32,000 bases of DNA from Pseudodesulfovibrio piezophilus C1TLV30 (GTDB lineage: Bacteria > Desulfobacterota > Desulfovibrionia > Desulfovibrionales > Desulfovibrionaceae), in contig NC_020409.1 of assembly GCF_000341895.1 (NCBI RefSeq), positions 1,260,001-1,292,000 on the forward strand. Reading direction: 5' to 3'. The translations under genes were made by a program, and so were the position numbers. Positions 1 to 8,062 of the stretch are shown here, one piece after another; position 1 is the first letter of the stretch; the number at the start of each line of letters is the position of its first letter. The notes beneath the pieces were generated by a model that was given only the letters and a program-made list of their open reading frames with translations, was not told where the DNA came from and ran no database searches.

Positions 1-1
1 A

Positions 2-433
2 CCAGCGGACCCGAAGTTCCCCATTGTACTCACTACCTACAGCCTCACCGAACACTGGTGTGGCGGTGGTGAAACCCGCAATGTCCCCAACCTGCTCGAA
101 GCCGAGCCACAGCTCTACGTGGAAATGAGCCCGGAACTGGCAGAGGAAAAGGACATCAAGAATGGGGAGGTTATCATTGTCGAGAGTATCCGAGGTAAGG
201 TTGAAGCCGTTGCCATGGTCACTGTCCGCATGCGCCCGTTAAAGGTTCACGGTCGAATCATCCATGAAATAGGTATGCCCTACTGCTTTGGCTGGACCAC
301 TCCGGGAAGCGGCGACTCCACTAACAGGCTGACACCTTCAGTGGGTGATCCCAACACGACCATTCCGGAATACAAGGCGAGTTGCGTGAATATTCGCAAG
401 GCGAAAAAAACCACAGAGCTGGCCACCCCATAA
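2..433 (+). CDS. fdhA: Formate dehydrogenase catalytic (molybdo/tungstopterin) subunit, C-terminal fragment; the 5' end lies outside the window
   Basis: The frame is open from position 2 to TAA at 431-433. Translation reads PADPKFPIVLTTYSLTEHWCGGGETRNVPNLLEAEPQLYVEMSPELAEEKDIKNGEVIIVESIRGK..., typical of the C-terminal molybdopterin dinucleotide-binding domain of FDH alpha subunits. It is followed 16 nt later by fdhB. Confidence 0.9.
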   Translation, partial: PADPKFPIVLTTYSLTEHWCGGGETRNVPNLLEAEPQLYVEMSPELAEEKDIKNGEVIIVESIRGKVEAVAMVTVRMRPLKVHGRIIHEIGMPYCFGWTTPGSGDSTNRLTPSVGDPNTTIPEYKASCVNIRKAKKTTELATP

Positions 434-448
434 GATAAGGAGAACATC

Positions 449-1183
449 ATGTCCAAAACAATACTGATAGACACCTCTCGCTGCACGGCATGTCGCGGGT
501 GTCAGATAGCATGCAAGGAATGGCATGAACTGCCAGCCAACAAAACCTACCAAGTCGGCTGGGGAAGCCATCAAAATCCGCAAGACCTGAACCCCAACAA
601 CTATAAACTCGTGCGTTTCAGTGAACACCTCGACAACGGCGTGGTCCGCTGGAACTTCTTCCCCGATCAATGCCGCCATTGTGACATCGCACCATGCAAA
701 GAAACCGGTGATATGTATATTGAGGAAGCCATCGTCCAGGATGAGCAGACTGGAGCCATTGTCTACACTGCCAATACCAAGGGATTCACCAAGGAACAGT
801 TTGAGGAAATTCGGGAATCGTGCCCATATAATATCCCCAGACGCCATGAAGAAACCGGGATAATGGCCAAGTGTACCATGTGCAATGACCGCATCCATAG
901 TGGGATGCCGCCGGTTTGCGTCAAGTCCTGCCCGACAGGAGCCATGCAGTTTGGCGACCGGGAAGAAATGCTCAAACTCGCCGAATCTCGCCTGGCCACA
1001 CTCAAAAAGGAATGGCCCGACGCCATGCTGGCTGATCCTGATTCAGTCAACGTCATCTACCTGCTGATAGACACAGCTGAGAATTATCACAAATATGCCG
1101 TGGCACAGGCTGAGATGACTCCCATGTCCAAACAACAATTCCTGGCTACCCTGGCACGCCCCTTCAAGGCAATGAAAGGCTAA
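449..1183 (+). CDS. fdhB: Formate dehydrogenase iron-sulfur (4Fe-4S ferredoxin-type) beta subunit
   Basis: SD AAGGAG lies upstream of the ATG. Cys clusters CTACRGCQIAC, CRHC..APC, CPYN and CTMC...CVKSCP are present. Overall it resembles Desulfovibrio FdhB (TSRCTACRGCQIACKEW..., FFPDQCRHC). Confidence 0.9.
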   Translation: MSKTILIDTSRCTACRGCQIACKEWHELPANKTYQVGWGSHQNPQDLNPNNYKLVRFSEHLDNGVVRWNFFPDQCRHCDIAPCKETGDMYIEEAIVQDEQTGAIVYTANTKGFTKEQFEEIRESCPYNIPRRHEETGIMAKCTMCNDRIHSGMPPVCVKSCPTGAMQFGDREEMLKLAESRLATLKKEWPDAMLADPDSVNVIYLLIDTAENYHKYAVAQAEMTPMSKQQFLATLARPFKAMKG

Positions 1184-1200
1184 AACCTCAACTCATCCCA

Positions 1201-1230
1201 GGCGGGACACCTTCCGTATGGTGTCCCGCC
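1201..1230 (+). other. Intercistronic stem-loop between fdhB and fdhE (10-bp perfect stem GGCGGGACAC/GTGTCCCGCC, 10-nt loop, no U-tract)
   Basis: Read directly from the sequence ggcgggacac-cttccgtatg-gtgtcccgcc, 18 nt after the fdhB stop. Confidence 0.5.
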
Positions 1231-1252
1231 CATAAAGGTGCGGAGCAATCAT

Positions 1253-2161
1253 ATGGAAACGACATCCCCCATGAAGCAAATTCAATCCACGCTTGAAACC
1301 GTCAGGACGCGTGATTCTGCCTACAGTGAAATGACAAACCACTTTGCATTACTCTTTGAAGAAAAAGAAAAAGTGCGCAATGAACTGCTCGCAACAACTC
1401 TCCAGACGCTTGATATTGGTGATACGGATATGCGGGAAGGAATCCATCTATTGAAGAAGCGCACTCTCAGCCCTTGGACTGATGCGTTCAAATATGCGGC
1501 GAACAGACTGTTACCCGTTCTGGCTGAAGTTCTCCAACAGGAGAAGGAGACTGATAAAAAAATACAAGCCCATCTCATGGACACACAAAACATCCTCAAA
1601 CTCACCCAGGCAAGAGTGAACGATTCCATGAAGGAATTCGAGAACACCGCCGAAGAATTGAGCATCCCTTCTTCTATTCTTTCTTATTATATCGAAAGCA
1701 TTTCTTCTCCTGTTTTTTGTGCCGTTGTCTCCTCTTTGCAGAAATCCCTTTCCACCCAAACGTGGGAATACGGCCACTGTCCCGTCTGCGACTCCTCCCC
1801 AACCATTTCACAACTCAGCCCGAATACCTCATCATCCGAATACTTGGTTGGTGGTGGTGGGAAAAAATACCTGCACTGCTCTCTCTGTGGTCACGATTGG
1901 CATTACAAACGAAACGCCTGCGCAGCCTGTGGCAACGAAGACAGCGAAACCCGTGAAATCCTTTCTCCAGACGAAATGAAACGCGAACGGATTGAAGTCT
2001 GTCATAAATGCGACAGGTATATGCTCACTATCGACATGCGCGAATGTGCATCTCTCCCACACCTCGACACACTTCAAATGGGACTCATTCATCTGGACAT
2101 TATTGCACAGGAAAGGGCGTTAACTCCCATAGCACAGACCCTCTGGAATACCATCAGATAG
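1253..2161 (+). CDS. fdhE: Formate dehydrogenase accessory protein FdhE
   Basis: Four CxxC pairs sit in the C-terminal half (HCPVCDS, HCSLCGH, CAACGN, CHKCDR), characteristic of the FdhE rubredoxin-like domains. I prefer ATG 1253 (GGAG 7 nt upstream) over the track GTG at 1238. Confidence 0.85.
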   Translation: METTSPMKQIQSTLETVRTRDSAYSEMTNHFALLFEEKEKVRNELLATTLQTLDIGDTDMREGIHLLKKRTLSPWTDAFKYAANRLLPVLAEVLQQEKETDKKIQAHLMDTQNILKLTQARVNDSMKEFENTAEELSIPSSILSYYIESISSPVFCAVVSSLQKSLSTQTWEYGHCPVCDSSPTISQLSPNTSSSEYLVGGGGKKYLHCSLCGHDWHYKRNACAACGNEDSETREILSPDEMKRERIEVCHKCDRYMLTIDMRECASLPHLDTLQMGLIHLDIIAQERALTPIAQTLWNTIR

Positions 2162-2169
2162 GCACCCCA

Positions 2170-2958
2170 ATGACGCATTCCCCTCTTCGCATTCCGACCA
2201 TCAATCCAAGTTCAGCCAGCAGCTCGATTCCCACAGGCGCGACAGGGTACCCCGAATGTACGCGCACTTTCCAACGTCTGACCCAAGGAAAATTTATCCC
2301 TCAAGAGGATACGATAGCAGTCGAGGCCGACCTGACCATCCAACTTGGTAATCAACCGGAAATAACTCTAGCCAGAACCCCTGGCGATGACTTGAACCTG
2401 ATCATGGGCCACCTTTTCTGCAACTCCTTGCTTGAGACAGTTGAGGGAGTGGCCAACATCGACTTTTGTCATCAAGCCCCCTCTCATGCAACAGTGTCAC
2501 TCGATGGCAGTATCCCAATCCATAGTCTTTTCAAACAACGCCCTCCTTTCCGTATCCACCCGCAACACTTGTTTGAACTCAAAAATGAATTTGAACACCA
2601 GCAGAATCTCTTCAAGCATACCGGCTCCAATCATGCAGCTGCACTCTTTTCGATCACAGGCCATCTGCTTGCTTTTGGAGAGGATGTCGGCAGACACAAC
2701 GCCTTTGACAAAGCCATTGGTCGAGCCTTGATCGAAGGAACCTTGGGACAGGTAGGCATCGCCATGCTTTCCTCTCGAATCGCCAGGGAGCTTGCCGCCA
2801 AAGCTGTACGAGCAAATATTCCTGTCCTGTGCGGCTTTTCAGCAGCAACAAGTTCAGGCGTCAACTGCGCAGAAGAAAATAATATTACCCTTGTCGGCAG
2901 ACTCAGGAGCAACTCTTTTAATATATATGCCAATGCATGGCGCATTCAAGATGATTGA
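2170..2958 (+). CDS. fdhD: Formate dehydrogenase accessory sulfurtransferase FdhD
   Basis: It has the conserved GRHNAFDKAIG motif and the C-terminal ...VGRLR segment typical of FdhD. ATG 2170 gives 262 aa and avoids the 150-nt overlap with fdhE implied by the track start at 2008. Confidence 0.85.
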   Translation: MTHSPLRIPTINPSSASSSIPTGATGYPECTRTFQRLTQGKFIPQEDTIAVEADLTIQLGNQPEITLARTPGDDLNLIMGHLFCNSLLETVEGVANIDFCHQAPSHATVSLDGSIPIHSLFKQRPPFRIHPQHLFELKNEFEHQQNLFKHTGSNHAAALFSITGHLLAFGEDVGRHNAFDKAIGRALIEGTLGQVGIAMLSSRIARELAAKAVRANIPVLCGFSAATSSGVNCAEENNITLVGRLRSNSFNIYANAWRIQDD

Positions 2959-3296
2959 CCGATGAGCATTGTGTTCTCAGGAAGAAGACATATTGAACGA
3001 ATGTGCCCCCGCGCTCTTCCACACTCCGAAGCGCCTCCTGATGGATCCCACCTCAACAGGTTGGAAACAGACCCGTTCATTCCGACTTCCAAAAATCTTT
3101 CTTTATCTCCACTCATAACTCTATAGGGTTATTCCTGCTGACCAGACCATATTCGAGTGAAAATGAGAGTTCTTCATTAGGAAAAGGAATGCAGAAATAT
3201 AAGATAGTCCCCTGCCAACTCCTACTCTCTATTCCCGCCTTTGATTTTTTCCAATAGAAGACTCCATCCCTGAGACGAGATCTTCCCTTCACCACA

Positions 3297-3336
3297 AAAA
3301 GCGCCTGCCACTCATAAGAGTGACAGGCGCTTTTGC
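3297..3336 (-). terminator. Rho-independent terminator downstream of the RRM protein gene (A/T runs on both sides, so possibly bidirectional)
   Basis: AGCGCCTGCCAC / GTGACAGGCGCT forms an 11/12-bp stem with the 8-nt loop tcataaga. It is flanked by AAAA (plus strand, upstream) and TTTT (downstream), and lies about 27 nt past the stop at 3359. Confidence 0.7.
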
Positions 3337-3358
3337 TAATAAAGGGAAGAACTAAAAA

Positions 3359-3622
3359 CTACCAACGAGGGCGTTCTTCGCGGGGCTTGGCAACGTTCAC
3401 TTTGATGTTGCGGCCACCAAGGTCTTTTCCGTCAAGGGCATCAACAGCGTCACCTGCGCCATTGTCATCCATCTCGACAAAACCAAAACCACGAGGACGG
3501 CCGGTTTCACGATCCTCGATGAGTTTCACAGAAAGCACTTCACCAAATTCAGCAAAAGCTGCGCGAACTTCATCTTCAGTAGTGCTCCAAGACAGATTGC
3601 CGACATAAAGATTCTTAGACAT
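3359..3622 (-). CDS. RRM-type (RNP-1/RNP-2) glycine-poor RNA-binding protein, 87 aa
   Basis: RNP-2 is LYVGNL and RNP-1 is RGFGFVEM. SD GGAGAA lies upstream of the ATG, and a terminator follows. Confidence 0.9.
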   Translation of the reverse strand: MSKNLYVGNLSWSTTEDEVRAAFAEFGEVLSVKLIEDRETGRPRGFGFVEMDDNGAGDAVDALDGKDLGGRNIKVNVAKPREERPRW

Positions 3623-3663
3623 TCAAATTCTCCAAAAAGTGATAATGTATAGCGCCTATGCGC

Positions 3664-3704
3664 CAAAAAAAGGGAGCCGTGTGTACAAGATGCACGCACG
3701 GCTC
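3664..3704 (-). terminator. Strong intrinsic-terminator-like hairpin plus U7 tract on the minus strand; either the HPP gene terminator or a leader attenuator of the RRM gene
   Basis: The stem pairs 3672-3683 with 3693-3704 (GGAGCCGTGTGT / ACGCACGGCTCC; 12 bp including one G-U), with a 9-nt loop. On the minus strand it is followed by TTTTTTT (A-run 3664-3670 on plus). It lies only about 40 nt upstream of the RRM start codon and about 210 nt downstream of the HPP stop. Confidence 0.6.
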
Positions 3705-3913
3705 CTTCGATAGACTTGTTTCAATTCAAACCAGTGCAGGTCACAATTCGACCGCACCTCCACGGGCGCGACTGGTGTTGAAGAAATCAATCCGTCACTT
3801 TTCAAATAAAGTCAAGTCCTATTGACTTAACGGAAGATCCCTGGCTGAGGGGAAAATATATCTTTGAGTTGTAAAAATATGACGAACAAGGGACTTTCAT
3901 ACGTGTAACAGCT

Positions 3914-4435
3914 TCACAGCGACTTCGGGTACACCCTGTCAGGGGCAATTCTGTTCACGACCAAGGCCACGAAAAGCAGGCATGCGGCACCTGTCGCGAC
4001 CGGGAACAAAGCATACATATATCCAAGCTTGTGAATGCCGGGCCCGCCAATGACGGCGATCAAAGCAGTCGCCCCTCCTGGTGGGTGCAAGGTATCAGTC
4101 ATTTGCATGAGAGCTATTGCCGTAGCGACTGCCAGCGGTGCTGCGAGCCATATCTCTCCCAGAAAAAGCTGAAATGCGGCAACACCAACCAAAGCAGAAA
4201 GACAGTGGCCTCCCATCAAATTCCTAGGTTGAGCGAGCGGACTGTCGATTGCCGCGTATATGAGCACGGCTGACGCGCCAAAGGAACCAATGACTAACGT
4301 CAGACCAAGCCCTTCCAATGCAAATCGGGAAACCAAGGAGACAAGAGCGATGCCGAGAAATGCTCCCAACCACGACCAGAAAATCTGAGTTTTTGGAGTA
4401 CGACTTTGCCCTTTCAGAAAATTGTAAACGTTCAT
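3914..4435 (-). CDS. HPP-family integral membrane protein
   Basis: The signature HPPGGATALIAV is present, with about 4-5 hydrophobic helices over 173 aa. Confidence 0.85.
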   Translation of the reverse strand: MNVYNFLKGQSRTPKTQIFWSWLGAFLGIALVSLVSRFALEGLGLTLVIGSFGASAVLIYAAIDSPLAQPRNLMGGHCLSALVGVAAFQLFLGEIWLAAPLAVATAIALMQMTDTLHPPGGATALIAVIGGPGIHKLGYMYALFPVATGAACLLFVALVVNRIAPDRVYPKSL

Positions 4436-4493
4436 GAGACCTCCATACGAGTATACAATCGTTCAAGGTTGGCACGCTCTTCTTTTACTCTCC

Positions 4494-4507
4494 ATGACTT
4501 AAGTCAA
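4494..4507. promoter_or_regulatory. CRP/FNR-family-like palindrome ATGAC-TTAA-GTCAA in the divergent HPP/fprA promoter region
   Basis: TGACTTAAGTCA (4495-4506) is a perfect 12-bp palindrome with TGAC-N4-GTCA geometry (compare the FNR/Dnr consensus TTGAT/C-N4-(A/G)TCAA). A TATGAT -10-like hexamer lies about 50 nt downstream, towards fprA. Confidence 0.35.
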
Positions 4508-4588
4508 CTTTGCAAAAATAATGAAATGATGGAACTTTTCTACTGAGACTGGTATGATTTACCTCACTATCAAAATAAAGGAGCAATC

Positions 4589-5776
4589 ATGAGATTCCAA
4601 ATAACGGACACCGTATCCTGGGTCGGAAAAATAGATTGGGAATTACAAAAATTCCACGGTGAAGAGTATTCCACTTTCAAAGGATCATCCTATAACTCAT
4701 ATCTTATTCAGGACGAAAAAACGGTTCTGATAGATACTGTCTATGGTCCATTTGGAAAAGAGTTTATCGAAAACCTGGAGAATGAAATCGATCTTGGCAG
4801 TATCGACTACGTGATTGCCAATCATGCAGAGGTCGACCATAGCGGGGCACTTCCTGAACTGATGCGCCGGATCCCCAATGTCCCGATCTATTGCACTCAA
4901 CAAGCCACCAAATCCCTGAAGGGATACTACCATCAAGACTGGAACTTCCAGGTAGTCAAAACTGGTGACACGCTCTCTCTTGGCGAAAGAACATTGAATT
5001 TCATCTCGGCACCGATGCTTCACTGGCCAGACTCCATGTTCACCTATCTGGACAAGGAAAACATGCTCTTCAGTAATGATGCCTTTGGGCATCACCTTGC
5101 TTCAGACACGATGTTCAATGATCTGGTCGATCAGGACGAACTCTTCAAAGAGTGCATCAAATATTACGCGAACATACTGACTCCATTCAGCAAGATGGTT
5201 ACGAAAAAAATTAATGAGATTGTGGGATTCGGACTTCCTGTTGACTTTATATTACCCAGCCATGGAGTAATATGGCGTGACGATCCATTGCAAATTGTGC
5301 ACAAATATCTGGAATGGGCTGATGACTACCAAGAAAATCAGATCACGATCATTTACGATACCATGTGGAACAGCACGCGAGACATGGCGGAAGCCATAGC
5401 ACGAGGCATCCGCTCAGTCTGCCCAGACGGAGTCATAAAAATCCTTCATACAGGACAACGAGATAAAAATGACATCATCACTGAAGTATTCCGCTCAAAA
5501 TTGGTGGTGGCTGGCTGCTCCACCATCAACAAGGGAATCCTTTCAAGCATGGCGGGCATTCTCGAAATGATCCATGGACTGGGTTTCAAAGGAAAAAAAG
5601 GGGCGGCATTCGGTTCCTATGGCTGGTCAGGAGAGAGCACAGATATTTTGACCAAATCCCTGGGAAATGCCGGATTTGAAATGATTGGCGAAGGCATCAA
5701 GGCAACTTGGAAGCCTGACCAGGAAGCAATCAGGAAGTGTGAGGCTTACGGCAGACAACTTGGCAAGGAAGTATAA
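4589..5776 (+). CDS. fprA: Class A flavodiiron protein (rubredoxin:oxygen oxidoreductase / NO reductase type; metallo-beta-lactamase-like plus flavodoxin domains)
   Basis: SD AAGGAG is present. The di-iron ligand motif is NHAEVDHSGALPEL (HxExDH), the start WVGKIDWELQKFHG is typical of flavodiiron proteins, and the C-terminal flavodoxin-like segment reads ITIIYDTMWNSTRDMAEAI. Length is 395 aa. Confidence 0.9.
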   Translation: MRFQITDTVSWVGKIDWELQKFHGEEYSTFKGSSYNSYLIQDEKTVLIDTVYGPFGKEFIENLENEIDLGSIDYVIANHAEVDHSGALPELMRRIPNVPIYCTQQATKSLKGYYHQDWNFQVVKTGDTLSLGERTLNFISAPMLHWPDSMFTYLDKENMLFSNDAFGHHLASDTMFNDLVDQDELFKECIKYYANILTPFSKMVTKKINEIVGFGLPVDFILPSHGVIWRDDPLQIVHKYLEWADDYQENQITIIYDTMWNSTRDMAEAIARGIRSVCPDGVIKILHTGQRDKNDIITEVFRSKLVVAGCSTINKGILSSMAGILEMIHGLGFKGKKGAAFGSYGWSGESTDILTKSLGNAGFEMIGEGIKATWKPDQEAIRKCEAYGRQLGKEV

Positions 5777-5861
5777 ATATTCCTTCAAAATTGAAGAGTA
5801 TTCCTGAAAAGGGGAAAAAGGTATCGTCTCTTTCTTAAAAAACGAACGTTTTTTTGACATT

Positions 5862-5903
5862 GAGCCTCACATGCCAGGCTAGTATGCCCGGCCTGTGAGG
5901 CTC
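5862..5903. terminator. Hairpin between the convergent fprA and DUF438 genes (10-bp perfect stem GAGCCTCACA/TGTGAGGCTC, 22-nt loop)
   Basis: Read directly from the sequence. A/T-rich runs (aaaaaacgaacgttttttt) lie just upstream. Its position between two convergent stops fits a shared terminator, but the loop is long and the U-tract is poor. Confidence 0.5.
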
Positions 5904-5931
5904 TCATATCTCGAAAAACATCATTTCCCTT

Positions 5932-7404
5932 CTATTCCCAGTCCAGTAGCCTTTGCTGCCCTTGCAACCCTCTTATGTGTGTGACATCCTGGGCCACTTC
6001 CAGGCATCCGGCATATTCGCCATCTCTTTGTCGGATCGCATAAAAACGGATGTGAATGAAACTCCCCTTCATTTCAATCCAGAATTCAGCCATATCCCGC
6101 TCTCCTGAACGGAATTTTTCCAATATTTTTTCAACCATATACACGCTTTGAGAAGGATGACATCTCGAAACCTCACGACCAAGGATACCTTCGCTGCGGG
6201 GAAAGATACGATGCTCTGTCTGAGAAAAATACGCCACCCGATCTTGTGCATCGACAAAAGAAAGATCAATGGGGAGCGACTGCAAAATGGCGTCAACCAC
6301 TTCCGGGCGCAATTTTCCGGCACTGAGATAAACGAGGTCTTCTCCTCCCTGAGGAGGCGTCCCTGTGTCATATTCCTCAGCCTTCCATTCGTCGCCTGGA
6401 GTGACCCAGGCAAAACCGATCTCTTCTTCCCCTCGGCGAACTCTTGCCCAATCCTCCTCCGAAAAGGTCTCATATGCCATGGGAAACAGGATCTGTTCTT
6501 CCTTGTAAACAAGATCACGTATAGCGATAGTCAGTTCGGTAATCAGAGAAACCGAGACATCCCGGTCCCCATCATTCAGTGCCCCAAGCACCTGTTTAAA
6601 AAGCCCTCTGATATCATCATGGATGGCCCACATGACCTGTGGAGGAGCCGTCAGTCCGTAGGATTCCATCAATGGAAAGAGTTGATTCTCCTTGCGCTCA
6701 TAGTGACGGATGAGAGCGGAAAGGTCTTCCACCGCCAGAATCACCCCACTTCGTGCAGCGGAAAACGTCAAATCATCAGACATGCGCTCTGCTGCATTGT
6801 GCAGATGTGCGGCTCTGCTCTCTGCCTCCCGGTTTTCTGCCTGCAGAGTATGAAGAGGATGCCCCGGCATCATTTCAGGGATACCCGAACTCAGGGAAGA
6901 ATCAAACAACTCCACATGTAGATTACACAATTTCTTGATCTCAGCCTCATCAATGCCGTCGGCGACCAAAGCCTGTTCCATAGCCCCGACCTCAACAGGA
7001 GAAACATCTTTCAAAATGTCATGGAATTCAGACCGAACAGCATCCAGGCTCTCCCCCTGATGGATTCGCGTCACAATATCCTTGAACGCCTTGATACGCT
7101 CCTCCCGAGTCAAACGAAGCTCCCCCCTTTCTCGGCCTCCAGGATTCACCACGACGACAGAATCGTTACTATGCAGATAAATTTGCCCGACAATTCCCAG
7201 CAGAAGCTCATCGGGAGCAAGGCCGCCCAAGAAAGCAGCCTGCGAAATAGATGTCACTTTCGCTAGAGTTTTGCGCAAAATAGGACTTTTCAATTGACTG
7301 AATTGAGGAGATTGCTCCGTGAGAAAATCAAGTAGAAAGGGATACGTATCAAGCAGGCCACCAATTTTTGTTTTCAGGGATACTTCCACGGTTATACCTC
7401 TCAT
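5932..7404 (-). CDS. Multidomain DUF1858 (ScdA_N-like) / hemerythrin HHE cation-binding / DUF438 / PAS protein
   Basis: The N-terminus LLDTYPFLLDFL...LKSPILRKTLAKVTSISQAA is DUF1858-like. The central His/Glu repeats (HPLHTLQAENRE, IRHYERKENQLFPLME, WAIHDDIR) are hemerythrin-like. The C-terminus ...VAYFSQTEHRIFPRSEGILGREVSRCHP...FIHIRFYAIRQRDGEYAGCLEVAQDVT is PAS-like, as in DUF438 proteins. An alternative GTG start at 7389 has a better SD (AGAGG). Confidence 0.8.
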   Translation of the reverse strand: MRGITVEVSLKTKIGGLLDTYPFLLDFLTEQSPQFSQLKSPILRKTLAKVTSISQAAFLGGLAPDELLLGIVGQIYLHSNDSVVVVNPGGRERGELRLTREERIKAFKDIVTRIHQGESLDAVRSEFHDILKDVSPVEVGAMEQALVADGIDEAEIKKLCNLHVELFDSSLSSGIPEMMPGHPLHTLQAENREAESRAAHLHNAAERMSDDLTFSAARSGVILAVEDLSALIRHYERKENQLFPLMESYGLTAPPQVMWAIHDDIRGLFKQVLGALNDGDRDVSVSLITELTIAIRDLVYKEEQILFPMAYETFSEEDWARVRRGEEEIGFAWVTPGDEWKAEEYDTGTPPQGGEDLVYLSAGKLRPEVVDAILQSLPIDLSFVDAQDRVAYFSQTEHRIFPRSEGILGREVSRCHPSQSVYMVEKILEKFRSGERDMAEFWIEMKGSFIHIRFYAIRQRDGEYAGCLEVAQDVTHIRGLQGQQRLLDWE

Positions 7405-7423
7405 GGGTTACAAAGTGCTCTCT

Positions 7424-7437
7424 ATGACTGACATCAT
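7424..7437. promoter_or_regulatory. Second CRP/FNR-like site ATGAC-TGAC-ATCAT just upstream of the DUF438/hemerythrin gene
   Basis: It has the same xTGAC-N4-xTCAx geometry as the 4494-4507 site, with 4 of 5 symmetric positions. Its centre is only 26 nt (ATG 7404) or 41 nt (GTG 7389) from the candidate start codons. Confidence 0.25.
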
Positions 7438-8062
7438 TACTCTACCATACAAAAACAATCGACCACGGAAAAGGTTCTAGATTCCCTGTCTCTCCCATAC
7501 AATTCCAATGAGACTATTTAAAGGATGAAGATCGAAGCGAGAAAAGAGGGAATCATCAAGACACAGACTTTTTCCCTTCTCAAGCCCTGACCTGACAATG
7601 TACAATAGGATTCTCCCTACACACTATCAAGGCTCTCTGTACAAACGGGAACAGCCTGCCCATGTCATCCGACATTGCTTGATATGAACACAAACCTCAC
7701 GAAAAATCTGGACACCTTAACAAGCCCACGGTAGGCATATTTGATACGAAATATGTGGAATGAACTTTATGAAGTACTGTGCACAAAGGTCTGACCACAG
7801 CAACCGTGGCCCAATAAAAGGGACACCAGCATAACTCGATTTCAAGGAATAGGCGTGTCTGAGATTAGCAATTGATAATATCCATACCATGGAGTAACGT
7901 GTTGCCTCAGTATGCGACAGAGAATGGCGCAAAGATTATTTTGGCTCCCGCATCATGGGCAGAATTCGCTCATGTGCGCAGTCTCATCACTCAAAAAAGA
8001 ATCAATAGATAAAAAAAAGCCTAATGCCCAACAATACCCTTGAGGCGCGTCAGGGACATTGC

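Noticed and set aside
338-898. 186-aa minus-strand track ORF, and many similar antisense or out-of-frame ORFs (e.g. 6148-6921 +, 10939-11442 +, 15016-15393 -, 22618-22992 -, 24089-24733 -)
   Set aside because: They lie entirely inside, and antisense or out of frame to, genes with unambiguous family signatures (fdhA/fdhB, DUF438, opgH, DUF4956, acrB). Their translations are low-complexity or Arg/Ser/Cys-rich with no motifs. They are shadow ORFs.
2008-2169. Upstream extension of fdhD to the track start at 2008
   Set aside because: It would overlap fdhE by about 150 nt, and the extension (MRQVYAHYRHARMCISPTPRH...) is unlike FdhD N-termini. ATG 2170 gives a normal 262-aa FdhD.
2962-3126. 54-codon ORF starting 3 nt after the fdhD stop (MSIVFSGRRHIERMCPRALPH...)
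   Set aside because: It has no SD, no recognisable motif, and a composition unlike neighbouring genes. It is most likely a chance ORF in the 400-nt fdhD-rbp spacer.
4470-4486. TGGCAC hexamer resembling a sigma-54 -24 element upstream of fprA
   Set aside because: The required -12 element (TTGC[A/T] after a 5-nt spacer) is absent; the sequence reads TGGCACgctctTCTTT.
7717-7932. 71-aa minus-strand ORF in the opgG upstream region
   Set aside because: It has no ribosome-binding site, is Cys/Trp/Tyr-rich with odd composition, has no family resemblance, and its orientation points into another non-coding stretch.
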